NCBI GenBank assembly: GCA_964016885.1
Contig: OZ024759.1
Coordinates: 19,778,001 to 19,842,000, forward strand
DNA length: 64,000 nt
Origin: Eledone cirrhosa
Taxonomy: Eukaryota
Direction: 5' to 3'
The notes beneath the pieces were generated by a model, which searched no databases, was not told where the DNA came from, and saw only the letters and a list, made by a program, of their open reading frames with translations. The position numbers and the translations under genes were made by a program. This document shows positions 13,017 to 27,363 of this stretch, one piece after another (positions within the stretch are counted from its first letter, which is position 1; the number at the start of each line of letters is the position of its first letter).

Positions 13017-14215
13017 AGGATTGGCAGTATCGGTAGAGCATCAGACACCATGCTTTGCAGCATAGAGTTACGGCCCTTGCCATTCTGAGTTCAAATCCCG
13101 CCGAGGTTGACTTTGCCTTTCATCCTTACGGGGTCGATAAAATAAAGTGCCAGTAATGACGCATAGAGTTATGGCCCTTGCCATTCTGAGTTCAAATCCC
13201 GCCGAGGTTGACTTTGCCTTTCATCCTTACGGGGTTGATAAAATAAAGTGCCAGTAATGACGCATAGAGTTACGGCCCTTGCCATTCTGAGTTCAAATCC
13301 CGCCGAGGTTGACTTTGCCTTTCATCCTTACGGGGTCGATAAAATAAAGTGCCAGTAATGACGCATAGAGTTACGGCCCTTGCCATTCTGAGTTCAAATC
13401 CCGCCGAGGTTGACTTTGCCTTTCATCCTTACGGGGTCGATAAAATAAAGTGCCAGTAATGACGCATAGAGTTACGGCCCTTGCCATTCTGAGTTCAAAT
13501 CCCGCCGAGGTTGACTTTGCCTTTCATCCTTACGGGGTTGATAAAATAAAGTGCCAGTAATGACGCATAGAGTTACGGCCCTTGCCATTCTGAGTTCAAA
13601 TCCCGCCGAGGTTGACTTTGCCTTTCATCCTTACGGGGTCGATAAAATAAAGTGCCAGTAATGACGCATAGAGTTACGGCCCTTGCCATTCTGAGTTCAA
13701 ATCCCGCCGAGGTTGACTTTGCCTTTCATCCTTACGGGGTCGATAAAATAAAGTGCCAGTAATGACGCATAGAGTTACGGCCCTTGCCATTCTGAGTTCA
13801 AATCCCGCCGAGGTTGACTTTGCCTTTCATCCTTACGGGGTTGATAAAATAAAGTGCCAGTAATGACGCATAGAGTTACGGCCCTTGCCATTCTGAGTTC
13901 AAATCCCGCCGAGGTTGACTTTGCCTTTCATCCTTACGGGGTCGATAAAATAAAGTGCCAGTAATGACGCATAGAGTTACGGCCCTTGCCATTCTGAGTT
14001 CAAATCCCGCCGAGGTTGACTTTGCCTTTCATCCTTACGGGGTCGATAAAATAAAGTGCCAGTAATGACGCATAGAGTTACGGCCCTTGCCATTCTGAGT
14101 TCAAATCCCGCCGAGGTTAACTTTGTTTTTCATCCTTACGGGGTCGATAAAATAAAGTGCCAGTAATACACTGGGGTAATTGCTGGTCTTGTGCCAAAAG
14201 TAGAAACAGTTATTA
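13017..14215 (+). repeat. SINE family 2 with an internal 101-bp segment amplified 11 times
   Basis: Units start at 13061 with period 101 to 14071; single A-box head and single tail; each unit has B-box gagttcaaatcc. Confidence 0.92.
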
Positions 14216-15185
14216 TTATTAACTTTGCCTTTCATCCTTATGGGGTCGATATAGCGTATTTGTCAGCCTATATCTTGCGTTATGTTTTGATGTTTATAGC
14301 CATTTTTATGGACCACGTCGAATATTCGCAGCTTTTCACCCTTCGCGAGTGCCCCTAGGAATGTAGCCCCTACGAATACTGGGTGACAACTGTATACATA
14401 CATACTTGACACACACAAACATTCACACACACACACACACACACACATATATACAAATAAATGTACTAAACACGCTCTCTAGCTTTTAGAATGAGCAATA
14501 ATCTCATATCACTTTCATTACCATATTTCCAATGAAATACGCAGCGTATAGGTTTCAATTTATTTTGAAAAATAATAAAAAATTTGGCAGAAATTAAATA
14601 AAATAACTTTTTCATTACTAAGCTGATCTTTGGAGCATTACTTAAAAAAATAAAAATTAAATTTCTTAAATAAACATCGCTTATAAAATAGCTGTCTTTT
14701 ATGGCATCTCCGCGCATGAGCACACCACATTTTATATTAATTCTTAAATAAAATTATGATGGAATATTTTAATATTAAGTATGAACAGTTAGGAAATATA
14801 AAACCAGAGTAGTTTGAGGTGGGTTGGTTATTAAAATAATTAACTCTTTTGTTACCATACTAATGGAATACATTACTTGTGTATATCAATTAATTTTGAA
14901 AAATTGAAAAATTTAATGAGATAACTAGTATTTTATTAGTAAGCTGATATTTGAATGATTGGTTTCTAGTTTCTGGTCTCTTCCCATCCTCATTACTGAG
15001 GGTCGGGGATCATGGACAGTAGCTCCAATGTTAATCTATATCAGAGGTTCTCAAATTTTTTGGGCCACTTCACGGCTGCGTAATACTCTCAGTGTCCCCA
15101 ACTCTTATTTCCAGAGAGATGCAAATTGTAAATAATATATAATAAATAAAATCGTTAATTTATATATAATAGATATAATATATAT

Positions 15186-15598
15186 GGAGGCACATGGCTC
15201 CATATATATTATATATTTAGATGTTAGAGCATTGGGCTTGCAATCGAAAGGTTGTGAGTTCAATTCTCAGACCGGGTGGTGTGTTGTTTCCTTGAGCAAG
15301 ACACTTTATTTCACATTGCTCCAGTTTACTCAGCTGTAGAAATGAGATGATAGGGACTGGGGTCCCTATCATTCCACTGCAAAGTGGTCGTGGAGGTGTC
15401 ACAGCAAAAAAGCCCCCAGCCCACACTGTAAAGTGGTCGTGGAGGTGCCACGGCAAAAAAAGCACCCAGCACTCACTGTAAATGAGGTTGGTGTTAGGAA
15501 GGGCATCCAGCTGTAGAAATCAAGCCAGAATCAGTTCTCGTCCCACTCTTGCAAGCAGGGAAAAGCGGATGTAAAATGATGATGATGATGATGATGAT
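15186..15598 (+). mobile_element. tRNA-derived SINE family 1 (tRNA head, CORE-like box, 49-bp module, RTE-derived tail)
   Basis: B-box gagttcaattc, ccttgagcaagacactt, aggaagggcatccagc, tail ttgcaagcagggaaaagcggatgtaaaa(tga)n. Confidence 0.85.
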
Positions 15599-15599
15599 T

Positions 15600-16385
15600 C
15601 ATCATTTTACGTCTGCTTTTCCCTGCTTGCAAAGGTGGGACGGCTCCTATTCAGCACAGCTTCTCTCCACTTGTCACGGTCCTTCGTCATCTCGACCGTG
15701 AGCTTCAGCGATCTGAGGTCAGCTCTCACCACCTCTGTCCATGTTTTTTGTGGTCTTCCTCTACTGCATCTTCCTTCTACTGGGATTTCTTGGCACTTCT
15801 TTACCCAGCGGTTACCCCCCATGCGCATCACATGTCCATACCAACGCAGTTTTCTCTCCCACACACTACAGCTTCTCCCTCTTATACTCAGTTTCTCTCT
15901 CAACACATCCATGCTTGGTCGTTCACGCACATTGACATTGTACATCCAACGGAACATGCTTGCTTCATTTCTCTCCAGCCGTCGCTTATCCTCTGCAGTT
16001 GCTGCCCATGTCTCACTACCATACATCATCGCGCATCTCACACAGGCATCATATAACCGTCCTTTCGTACGCAAGGAGAAACCCTTCTTTGTCAACAGAG
16101 GAAGCAGCTCCCTAAACCTCTTCCAACCTGTCCTTATTCTAGATACTATGGCCTTGGAGCACCCTCCTCCTCACCGAGGTATCGGAAGCTATCAACCACT
16201 TCTATAGATCCTATCTGCATTTGAAAAATATGTCTATCATTGTGACTTCTGCTGTCAAATTTCCCTATACATCTACTGCATATATAGTTTCCCTACCTGT
16301 TAGTTTGCCTGCTATCCCATTACAACTCTTGTGTACCCAAGATCTGCATTGTGTACATTTTATAGAATTTATGCCAGCTCCTTTT
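15600..16385 (-). mobile_element. RTE-type LINE 3' fragment
   Basis: KGRLYDACVR..MMYGSETW..LRWYGHVMRM..RGRPQKTW with a (TGA)n tail; degraded Cys-rich segment upstream. Confidence 0.88.
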
Positions 16386-16694
16386 TAAATATCATATATA
16401 TTTTATTTTACTATACTTATATATAAGATGTATCATTTGATATTTATGTACTACTACATCATCTCTATCACCCCCTTAGGCCCCACTTGACCTTCTCAAC
16501 GGCCCCTGGGTGGGCAGTAGTGCCCACTTTGAAAACCTCTGATCTATATGATCCTGTATGTCCATCATTCTCATCAGGGAAAAATATGATGTTGGTGGGT
16601 CATTACTTGGAAGCTATCTACCAAGTCACAGCTCATCCACCTTCACATAGATGAAACCATTGACCACTTGAAAGGTTGTCACCAAAAATAATTA

Positions 16695-19015
16695 ACTCTT
16701 TGGTGACTGACAGACAAATAGACAGATGGACAGGTCTGGCCTGGGTAGGTTGGTAAGAAAATATAGTTCAGAAGTCTCCTTGGTGACAGACAGACAGACA
16801 GGCCTGGCCTGGGTAGGTTGGTAAGAAAATATAGTTAAGAAGGCCCCTTGCATCCTTGGTGACAGACAGACAGGTCTGGTCTGGGTAGATTGGTAAGAAA
16901 ATATAGTTAAGAAGGCCCCTTGCATCCTTGGTGACAGACAGACAAACAGACAGAGAGACAGGTCTGGTCTGGGTAGGTTGGTAAAAAATATAGTTTAGAA
17001 GTCCCCTTGCATCCTTGGTGACAGACAGACAGTCAAACAGACAGACAGGTCTGGCCTGGGTAGGTTGGTAAGCAAATATAGTTAGGAAGGCCCCTTGCAT
17101 CCTTGGTGACAAACAGACAAACAGACAGACAGGTCTGGCCTGGGTAGGTTGGTAAGAAAGTATAGTTAAGAAGTCCCCTTGCATTCTTGGTGACAGACAG
17201 ACAGGTCTGGTCTGGGTAGGTTGGTAAGAAAATATAGTTAGGAAGGCCCCTTGCATCCTTGGTGACAAACAGACAGACAGGTCTGGTCTGGATTGGATGG
17301 TAAGAAAATATAGTTAAGGCCAATTGCCTCCTTGTTGACAGACAGGCAGGTCTGGTCTGGTCTGGGTGGGTTGGGAAGAAAATATAGTTAGGAAGGCCCC
17401 TTGCATCCTTGGTGACAGACAGACAGACAGGTCTGGTCTGGTCTGGATTGGATGGTAAGAAAATATAGTTAAGGCCAATTGCCTCCTTGTTGACAGACAG
17501 GCTGGTCTGGTCTGGTCTGGGTGGGTTGGGAAGAAAATATAGTTAGGAAGGCCCCTTGCATCCTTGGTGACAAACAGACAGACAGGTCTGGTCTGGTCTG
17601 GTCTGGTCTGGGTGGGTTGGGAAGAAAATATAGTTAGGAAGGCCCCTTGCATCCTTGGTGACAAACAGACAGACAGGTCTGGTCTGGATTGGATGGTAAG
17701 AAAATATAGTTAAGGCCAATAGCCTCCTTGTTGACAGACAGGTCTGGTCTGGTCTGGTCTGGTCTGGGTGGGTTGGGAAGAAAATATAGTTAGGAAGGCC
17801 CCTTGCATCCTTGGTGACAAACAGACAGAGAGGTCTGGTCTGGATTGGATGGTAAGAAAATATAGTTAAGGCCAATAGCCTCCTTGTTGACAGACAGGTC
17901 TGGTCTGGTCTGGTCTGGTCTGGGTGGGTTGGGAAGAAAATATAGTTAGGAAGGCCCCTTGCATCCTTGGTGACAAACAGACAGACAGGTCTGGTCTGGA
18001 TTGGATGGTAAGAAAATATAGTTAAGGCCAATTGCCTCCTTGTTGACAGACAGGCAGGGCTGGTCTGGTCTGGTCTGGGTGGGTTGGGAAGAAAATATAG
18101 TTAGGAAGGCCCCTTGCATCCTTGGTGACAAACAGACAGACAGGTCTGGTCTGGATTGGATGGTAAGAAAATATAGTTAAGGTCAATTGCCTCCTTGTTG
18201 ACAGACAGGCCTGGTCTGGTCTGGGTGGGTTGGGAAGAAAATATAGTTAGGAAGGCCCCTTGCATCCTTGGTGACAAACAGACAGAGAGGTCTGGTCTGG
18301 ATTGGATTGTAAGAAAATATAGTTAAGGCCAATTGCCTCCTTGTTGACAGACAGGCCTGGTCTGGTCTGGTCTGGGTGGGTTGGGAAGAAAATATAGTTA
18401 GGAAGGCCCCTTGCATCCTTGGTGACAAACAGACAGACAGGTCTGGTCTGGATTGGATGGTAAGAAAATATAGTTAAGGTCAATTGCCTCCTTGTTGACA
18501 GACAGGCAGGGCTGGTCTGGTCTGGTCTGGGTGGGTTGGGAAGAAAATATAGTTAGGAAGGCCCCTTGCATCCTTGGTGACAAACAAACAGACAGGTCTG
18601 GTCTGGATTGGATGGTAAGAAAATATAGTTAAGGCCAATTGCCTCCTTGTTGACAGACAGGCAGGGCTGGTCTGGTCTGGTCTGGGTGGGTTGGGAAGAA
18701 AATATAGTTAGGAAGGCCCCCTGCATCCTTGGTGACAAACAGACAGAGAGGTCTGGTCTGGATTGGATGGTAAGAAAATATAGTTAAGGTCAATTGCCTC
18801 CTTGTTGACAGACAGGCAGGGCTGGTCTGGTCTGGTCTGGGTGGGTTGGGAAGAAAATATAGTTAGGAAGGCCCCTTGCATCCTTGGTGACAAACAAACA
18901 GACAGGTCTGGTCTGGATTGGATGGTAAGAAAATATAGTTAAGGCCAATTGCCTCCTTGTTGACAGACAGGCAGGGCTGGCCTGGGTAGGTTGGTAAGAA
19001 AATATAGTTAAGAAA
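16695..19015. repeat. Minisatellite with 70-90-bp monomers and about 155-bp dimeric higher-order repeat
   Basis: Constant aagaaaatatagtta core with (GACA)n and (GGTCT)n; alternating A/B monomers from about 17230. Confidence 0.92.
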
Positions 19016-19309
19016 AATGGTTATAAACCAATAAGCCTTTGTCTGTCTGTCTGTCTATGTGGCTTCTCACCATTAGCCATTAACCATTTATCTGTGGTCT
19101 GCTATCAGTACTGTCTTCTCCATTCTGCCATTCTAAATTTGGCTTTATATATTTTCGTTTTTGGCAAAGTTAGATTTGAGAATCTTTTAGATAACATTGA
19201 AAAGTCAGTGAAGCTACTGAAGCTATTAAGGCATTGGTTAAGATTAGATCTTGGAGAAGCACTGCCAAGAGTTTTCGGTAACAGACATGTCTGATTGACT
19301 ATTTCACAT

Positions 19310-21280
19310 CACCACCTCCACCACCACTGGCATTACGGCATTACTGCCACCACCACCACTGGCATTACTGCCACCACCACCACCACTGGCATTACTGCCA
19401 CCACCACCACCACCACCACTGGCATTACTGCCACCACCACCACCACCACCACTGGCATTACTGCCACCACCACCACCACCACTGGCATTACTACCACCAC
19501 CACCACCACCACTGACATTACTGCCACCACCACCACCACCACCACTGGCATTACTGCTACCACCATCATCACTGTAATTATCATTACTACCACTGCTGTC
19601 ATTATCACCACCACCACCACCACCACCACCACCATTACCATCACTGCTACCACCACCACCGCCGCCACCACCACCACCACCATTACTATCACTGCTACCA
19701 CCACCACTACCACACCACTACCACTGCCATCACTGCGCCCACCACCACCACTATCATCACCACTGTCATTACCACCACCACCACCACCACCACCACCACC
19801 ACTATCATCACCACTGTCATTACCACCACCACCACCACCACCACTGTCACCACCAGCACCATCGTTGTTGTCATTACCATCACTGATATCACCACCACTG
19901 GCAACACTACCACCACCACAACCACCACTGGCATCCCCATCACCACCACTAGCACCACAACTACCACTGCATCACCATCGCTACCACCACCATCATTGCT
20001 GTCACTACCACCACCACAACTACCACTGGCATCCCCATCACCACCACTAGCACCACAACTACCACTGCATCACCATCGCTACCACCACCATCATTGCTGT
20101 CACTACCACCACCACAACTACCACTGGCATCCCCATCACCACCACTAGCACCACAACTACCACTGCATCACCATCGCTACCACCACCATCATTGCTGTCA
20201 CTACCACCACCACAACTACCACTGGCATCCCCATCACCACCACTAGCACCACAACTACCACTGCATCACCATCGCTACCACCACCATCATTGCTGTCACT
20301 ACCACCACCACAACTACCACTGGCATCCCCATCACTACCACCACCACTGGCATCCCCATCACTACCACCACCACTGGCATTACCATCACTACCACCACCA
20401 CTGGCATTACCAAAACTATCATTACTGTAATTATTACTGCCATCAATGTCATTACCACCACCACCACCACCACCACCACCACCACCACCAATATTGCCGC
20501 TATTATTATCTTCACCATCATTGCTGTTATTACCACCACCACTACTCACTACCATTACCACCACCACTACTGACTATCATTACCACCACCACTACTGACT
20601 ATCATTACCTCCACCAATACTGCTGTCATTACCACCATAACTATCATTACCATCACCACCACTACTATCATTACCACCACCACTGTCATTACTACCACCA
20701 CTATCACCACTACCATTGTCATTACCTCCACCAATACTGCTGTCATTACCACCACCGCCACTATCATTACCATCAACACCACTATCACTGTCATTACCTC
20801 CACCACCATCGCCACTATCATTACCATCAACACCACCACCACTACCATTGTCATTACCTCCACCAATACTGCTGTTATTACCACCACCGCCACCACCATC
20901 ATTACCATCAACACCACCACCACTATCACTGTCATTACCTCCACCACCACTGCCACTATCATTACCACCACCACCACTATCATTACCATCAACACCACCA
21001 CCACTATCACTGTCATTACCTCCACCACCACTGCCACTATCATTACCACCACCACCACTATCATTACCATCAACACCACCACCACTATCACTGTCATTAC
21101 CTCCACCAATACTGCTGTCATTACCACCACCGCCACCACCACTATCATTACCATCAACACCACCACCACTATCACTGTCATTACCTCCACCAATACTGCT
21201 GTCATTACCACCACTGCCACTATCATTACCACCACCACCACTACTATCATTACCACCACCACCACCACTTCCACCATCAT
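19310..21280. repeat. (CAC/CAT/TAC)n low-complexity tract (similar tracts at 1-410, 24550-24990, 34360-36260, 37830-39720)
   Basis: Trinucleotide-derived; explains the poly-His/Thr/Pro/Val ORFs. Confidence 0.9.
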
Positions 21281-23210
21281 TATTGTTTTTATGTCTGCTT
21301 CTCCGTTCCTGTATGTTAGACATCTTTTCCAGTACAGCCCCCCCCCCCCCCCCCCTCTACAGCATTCCTTCAATGTCATCTCCTTTGTGAGCTTCAACAT
21401 TTTGAAATCCACTCTCACTATCCCTGCGCAGGTCTTCCTTGGTCTTCCTCTACTGCAGCTTCCTTCCTTTGAGAACTCTTGGCACTTTTTCAACCTTAAA
21501 CATCACATGTCCATACCAGAGCAATCTTCTCTGTTGTGCATTTTATCCCTCTTACACCCAGTTTCTCTCTCATCTCATCCATACTTTGTCATTTATACAC
21601 ACTAACACAACATGTCCATACCAGAGCAGTCTTTTCTCTTGCACACTACATTCGATACCCAGTTTTTCTCTCAGCTCATCCATGCTCACATTATATGTCC
21701 ATACCAGAGCAGTCTTCTCTGTTGCACACTATATTTGATTCCTCTTATACTCAGTTACCCAGTTTCTCTTCCAGCTCAGCCATACTAATACCACATGTCC
21801 ATACCCGAGCAGTCTTCTCACTTGCTCACTACATCTGATCCCTCTTATATCCAGTTAACCAGTTTCTCTCCCAGCTCAGCCATACTAACACCACATGTCC
21901 ATACCCGAGCAGTCTTCTCTCTTGCACACTACTTTACATTTGATTCCTCTTATACCCAGTTTCTCTCCCAGCTCATCCATACTTTGTTATTCATACATAC
22001 TAACAACACATGTCCATACCAGAACAGTCTTCTCTCTTGCACACTACATTTGATTCCTCTTATACCAAGTTTTTCTCCCAGCTCATCCATACTTTGTTAT
22101 TCATACATACTAACATCACATGTCCATACCAGAACAGTCTTCTCTCTTGCACACTACATTTGATTCCTCTTATACCAAGTTTTTCTCCCAGCTCATCCAT
22201 ACTTTGTTATTCATACATACTAACATCACATGTCCATACCAGAACAGTCTTCTCTCTTGCACACTACATTTGATTCCTCTTATACCCAGTTTCTCTCCCA
22301 GCTCATCCATACTTTGTTATTCATACATACTAACATCACATGTCCATACCAGAACAGTCTTCTCTCTTGCACACTACATTTGATTCCTCCTATACCCAGT
22401 TTCTCTCCCAGCTCATCCATACTTTGTTATTCATACATACTAACATCACATGTCCATACCAGAACAGTCTTCTCTCTTGCACACTACATTTGATTCCTCT
22501 TATACCCAGTTTCTCTCCCAGCTCATCCATACTTTGTTATTCATACATACTAACATCACATGTCCATACCAGAACAGTCTTCTCTCTTGCACACTACATT
22601 TGATTCCTCCTATACCCAGTTTCTCTCCCAGCTCATCCATACTTTGTTATTCATACATACTAACATCACATGTCCATACCAGAACAGTCTTCTCTCTTGC
22701 ACACTACATTTGATTCCTCCTATACCCAGTTTCTCTCCCAGCTCATCCATACTTTGTTATTCATACATACTAACATCACATGTCCATACCAGAACAGTCT
22801 TCTCTCTTGCACACTACATTTGATTCCTCTTATACCCAGTTTCTCTCCCAGCTCATCCATACTTCGTTATTCATACATACTAACAACACATATCCATACC
22901 AGAACAGTCTTCTCTCTTGCACACTACATTTGATTCCTCTTATACCAAGTTTTTCTCCCAGCTCATCCATACTTTGTTATTCATACATTCTAACAACACA
23001 TGTCCATACCAGAACAGTCTTCTCTCTTGCACACTACATTTGATTCCTCTTATACCCAGTTTCTCTCCCAGATCATCCATACTTTGTTATTCATACATAC
23101 TAACATCACATGTCCATACCAGAACAGTCTTCTCTCTTGCATACTACATTTGATTCCTCTTATACCCAGTTTCTCTCCCAGCTCATCCGTATTTTATCAT
23201 TTATATACGT
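21280..23210 (-). repeat. RTE 3' fragment with a 110-bp coding segment amplified as a minisatellite (about 12 near-perfect plus about 4 degenerate copies)
   Basis: Period 110 (tgtccatacc at 22011 ... 23111); minus strand reads LGIRGIKCSVQERRLFWYGHVM, matching the RTE at 15607. Confidence 0.88.
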
Positions 23211-23229
23211 TCTCTTTCATAATTTCCAG

Positions 23230-23332
23230 CCCCTGGTCATCCCTGAAAGAAAGGCAGGTAGTATGGAGCAGGATTTAATACACCTTAATGAATCTACAGA
23301 AAAGGTGAAAGAATTTCCAACTTCGAAAATAA
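23230..23332 (+). CDS. Probable downstream coding exon (PLVIPERKAGSMEQDLIHLNESTEKVKEFPTSKI)
   Basis: ctctttcataatttccAG acceptor and GTAAGT donor at 23333. Open in phase 0, compatible with the exon ending at 3286; intervening exons not excluded. Confidence 0.55.
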
Positions 23333-25099
23333 GTAAGTTCCATTACTATTCTTTTACTCTTTTATCATACTTTTACTAGTTTCAGGCATATCACTGTGAT
23401 CGTGCTGGTGACATGACAAAAATCATCCAGTCCACCGTGAAAAGTGATTGTGTTGGTGACATAATAAAAAACACCCAGTCCACCCTGTAAAGTGCTTGTG
23501 TTGGTGACAAAAAGCACTTAGTCCAGCCTGTAAAGCGGTCGTGTTGGTGACATGATAAAATTCATCCAGTCCACCATGTAAAATGATTGGCAGTATCGGT
23601 AGAGCGTTGGACACCATGTTTTGCAGCACAGAGTTATGGCCCTTTATGATATGAGTTCAAATCCCGCCACGGTTAGCTTTACCTTTCATGCTTACGGGGT
23701 CGATAAAATAAAGTACCAGTAATGTACTGGGGGTTGATTTAATCAACTTTCCCATCCCCCAAAATTACTGGCCTTGTGCCTCTATTAGAAATCATTATTG
23801 GGTAATTGCTGGCCTTGTGCTAAAACTAGAAACAATTATTATTACAATTATTATTACAATTATTGTTGTTATTGTTGTTATTATTGTTATTATGGTTATT
23901 ATTATTGTTGTTGTTGTTATTGTATGAGTCATAAGATACTAGTGTGGAGAAAGGAGAGGGGGAGAGAGAGTTAGTGAGAGGGAAAGAGGAAAGGAAAGGG
24001 AGAGAGAAAGGAGAGGTAGTGGGAGAGGTAGATTGATTGATAGAGTGAGAAAGGAGAGATAGAGAGAGAGGAGAGGGAGAGAGAGAGTGAGAAAGAAGAG
24101 GTAGATAGAGGGAGAGAATGAGAAAGGAGAGATAGATAGGAGAGATAGATAGGTAGAGAGGGAGAGAGAGTGAGAAAGGCGAGATAGAGAGAGAGGGAGA
24201 GAGTGAGAAAGGAGAGGTAGAGAGAGAGGGAAAGAGTGAGAAAGGAGAGGTAGAGAGAGAGGGAGAGAGTGAGAAAGGAGAGCTAGAGTGAGAAAAGAGA
24301 GGTAGAGAGAGAGGGAGAGAGTGAGAAAGGAGAGGTAGAGAGAGAGGGAGAGAGTGAGAAAGGAGATTAGAAAGAGAGGGAGAGAGTGAGGGGGAGAGTG
24401 AGAAAGGCGAGTGAGAGAGAGAGGGAGAAAGTGAGACAGGAGAGGTAGAGAGAGAGGGAGAGAGCCACAAGGCTAGGACAGTGTTCTGTAATATAACAAA
24501 TACAGGAGACAAAAAAAAAGAGAGACATGGATACTGGTAATAGGAAACAACAACAACAACAACAAATAATTATTATGGTGGTGGTGGTGGTGTGGTGGGG
24601 ATGATGCTGGTGGTGGTGATGATAATGATGGTAGTGGTGGTGATAATGATGGTGGTGGTGATGATGATAGTGGTGGTGGTGGTGGTGGTGCTGGGGATGA
24701 TGATAGTGATGGTGGTGGTGGTGATGTTGATGGTGGTGGTGGTGGTGGTGGTGGTGGTGATGGTGATAATGATGGTAGGGGTGATGATGGTGGTGGTGGT
24801 GGTGGTGATGATGGTAGTGGTGGTGGTGGTGGTGGTGGTGGTGGTGGTGGTGATGATGATGGTAATGGTGATAATGATGGTAGGGGTGATGATGGTTGTG
24901 GTGGTGGTGGTGGTGGTAGTGGTGGTGGTGGTGGTGGTGATGATGATGATGGTAGTGGTAGTGGTGGTGGTGGTGGTGGTGGTGGTAGAACAAGGGAAGT
25001 TTTCATGTAGCAGAAAGAAGAAAAAATAAAACAGTTTTTTCAATTAGTAATTTTGATATTTTGACAACAGAATCTTGTCATGTAATCTGGGTGCAACAT

Positions 25100-25161
<62 letters not shown>

Positions 25162-26064
25162 CCATGTTTAAATATATGTATATATGTATATGAATATATA
25201 TATATATGTATATGAAAATATATGTATAAATATACATGTATATATGTGTATATATACATATATGTATAAATGTATATATGTATGTATATATGTATAAATA
25301 TATATATATATGTATGTATATATGTATAAATATATATATATATGTATAAATATATATATGTGTGTATATATATGTATGAGATATATATATATATATACAC
25401 ACATAGATATAGACAGTTTTATGGATGTTTGCATCATTATGTACATGCATTTAATTATCAAAGTATGTATAAATTTTGGGCTGTAATGTGTATATACACA
25501 TACATATATATATTATATATATATATACATACAATTATATATTCATATGTATATACCTACATATATATATATATATATACATATATTTATATATATACAT
25601 ACAATTATATATACATATATATGTATGTATATATACATACATATATATATATTCATATATACATACATATATATATACATACATATATATATATATATAT
25701 CATCATCATCACCATTTTACATGTATTCTTCTACGCTAGCATGGGTTATATAAATATACATATATATATATATATATATATCTACGTACACACACATATA
25801 TATATATATTTATATATATACACATATATATATACATGTATATACATATATATATTTCTGTGTATCTAAATATAAGAAAATCCATATTTGTGTAATTCAT
25901 ACAAATTCATACACACATACATACATTCATACATACATACTAATATACATGTGTGTGTGTGTATGTGTGCATATATATATATATATATACATATGTATAT
26001 ATATATATATATGTATGTATATATGAATATATATATATATATATATGTATGCATATATGTATGC

Positions 26065-26096
<32 letters not shown>

Positions 26097-26157
26097 ATAT
26101 ATATATGCATATATATATGTACATATATATATATATATGTATAAATATATATATGTG

Positions 26158-26204
<47 letters not shown>

Positions 26205-26257
26205 ATATATATGTATATGTATATATATATATTAATGTATATATATATATACGTATG

Positions 26258-26288
<31 letters not shown>

Positions 26289-27165
26289 TTATATATATAC
26301 ATATATATATATATACATATATACATATATATATATATGTATATATATATACATTTATATATAGACATACATACACCCATGCTCATAAAATGTTTGTCTG
26401 TTGCCAAAAGAACATAGCACCAAATTACACATCTATGCCAGACATGATGGGATGTTCTCTGATTCACTGATGTTTTGTTTGTTCCCCTCTCCTTCTATGC
26501 CCACCACTACAGAAATCCTCCATATTTCTCCTCCAAGCACATACCTCTCTTCCATTTCTACAACCCACATCAGCAACCTCTTCCTCAAATATACATATAT
26601 ATATGTATATATATATATATATATATGTATATATGTGTTTATGTATATATGTGTATATACATGTATTTACATATATATACATGTATATATATGTATATAC
26701 ATGTATGTATATATATATATATATATGTATATACATGTATATACATATATATACATGTATATATATATATGTATATACATGTATGTATATATATATGTAT
26801 GTATATATGTATACACACATATGTATATATATATATACACATATATATACACCCATATATATATATATATATACACATATCATCATCATCATCATTTTAC
26901 TTCCGCTTTTCCCTGCTTGCAAGGGTGGGACGGTTCTTATTCAGCATCTCTCCACACGTCACGGAGATATATATATATATACATACAAATATATATATAC
27001 ATACACTCATATATATATATATACATATATATATGTATGTGTCTATATATATATATATGACACTGTAGGAGAAATATTAACTGGTGTTTGCCAGTGTCTG
27101 CAGTCGGTGAAGCATTTCCGGAATAGTAAGTTAGCATTGTGCATGATTTATATATATATATATAC

Positions 27166-27215
<50 letters not shown>

Positions 27216-27312
27216 TGTTGTGTGTATGTGCGTGTATATATATATATATATATATATGAGTGTGTGTGTGTATGTTTATATATATATATATTTTTTTTTA
27301 TTTTATAGAAGG

Positions 27313-27363
27313 AGCTTCTACAGGACTAGTACTGTTTCATTCAGATGAAATCTTCAGGAAGCT
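27313..27363 (-). ncRNA. Mirror-image hammerhead in the left palindrome arm
   Basis: Exact reverse complement of 27360-27410. Confidence 0.7.

Larger units (their letters stand above)
15042..16541. mobile_element. hAT (Charlie-like) MITE containing a nested SINE and RTE fragment
   Basis: TIRs cagaggttctcaaa / tttgaaaacctctg; perfect 8-bp TSD ATCTATAT at 15034-15041 and 16542-16549. Confidence 0.85.

Noticed and set aside
20567-21390. Gly/Asp/Ser-rich or Pro-rich structural protein ORFs (also the GGGDIGY repeat at 38499-39257)
   Set aside because: All frames are low-complexity trinucleotide derivatives without splice or start support; similar tracts recur throughout the window.
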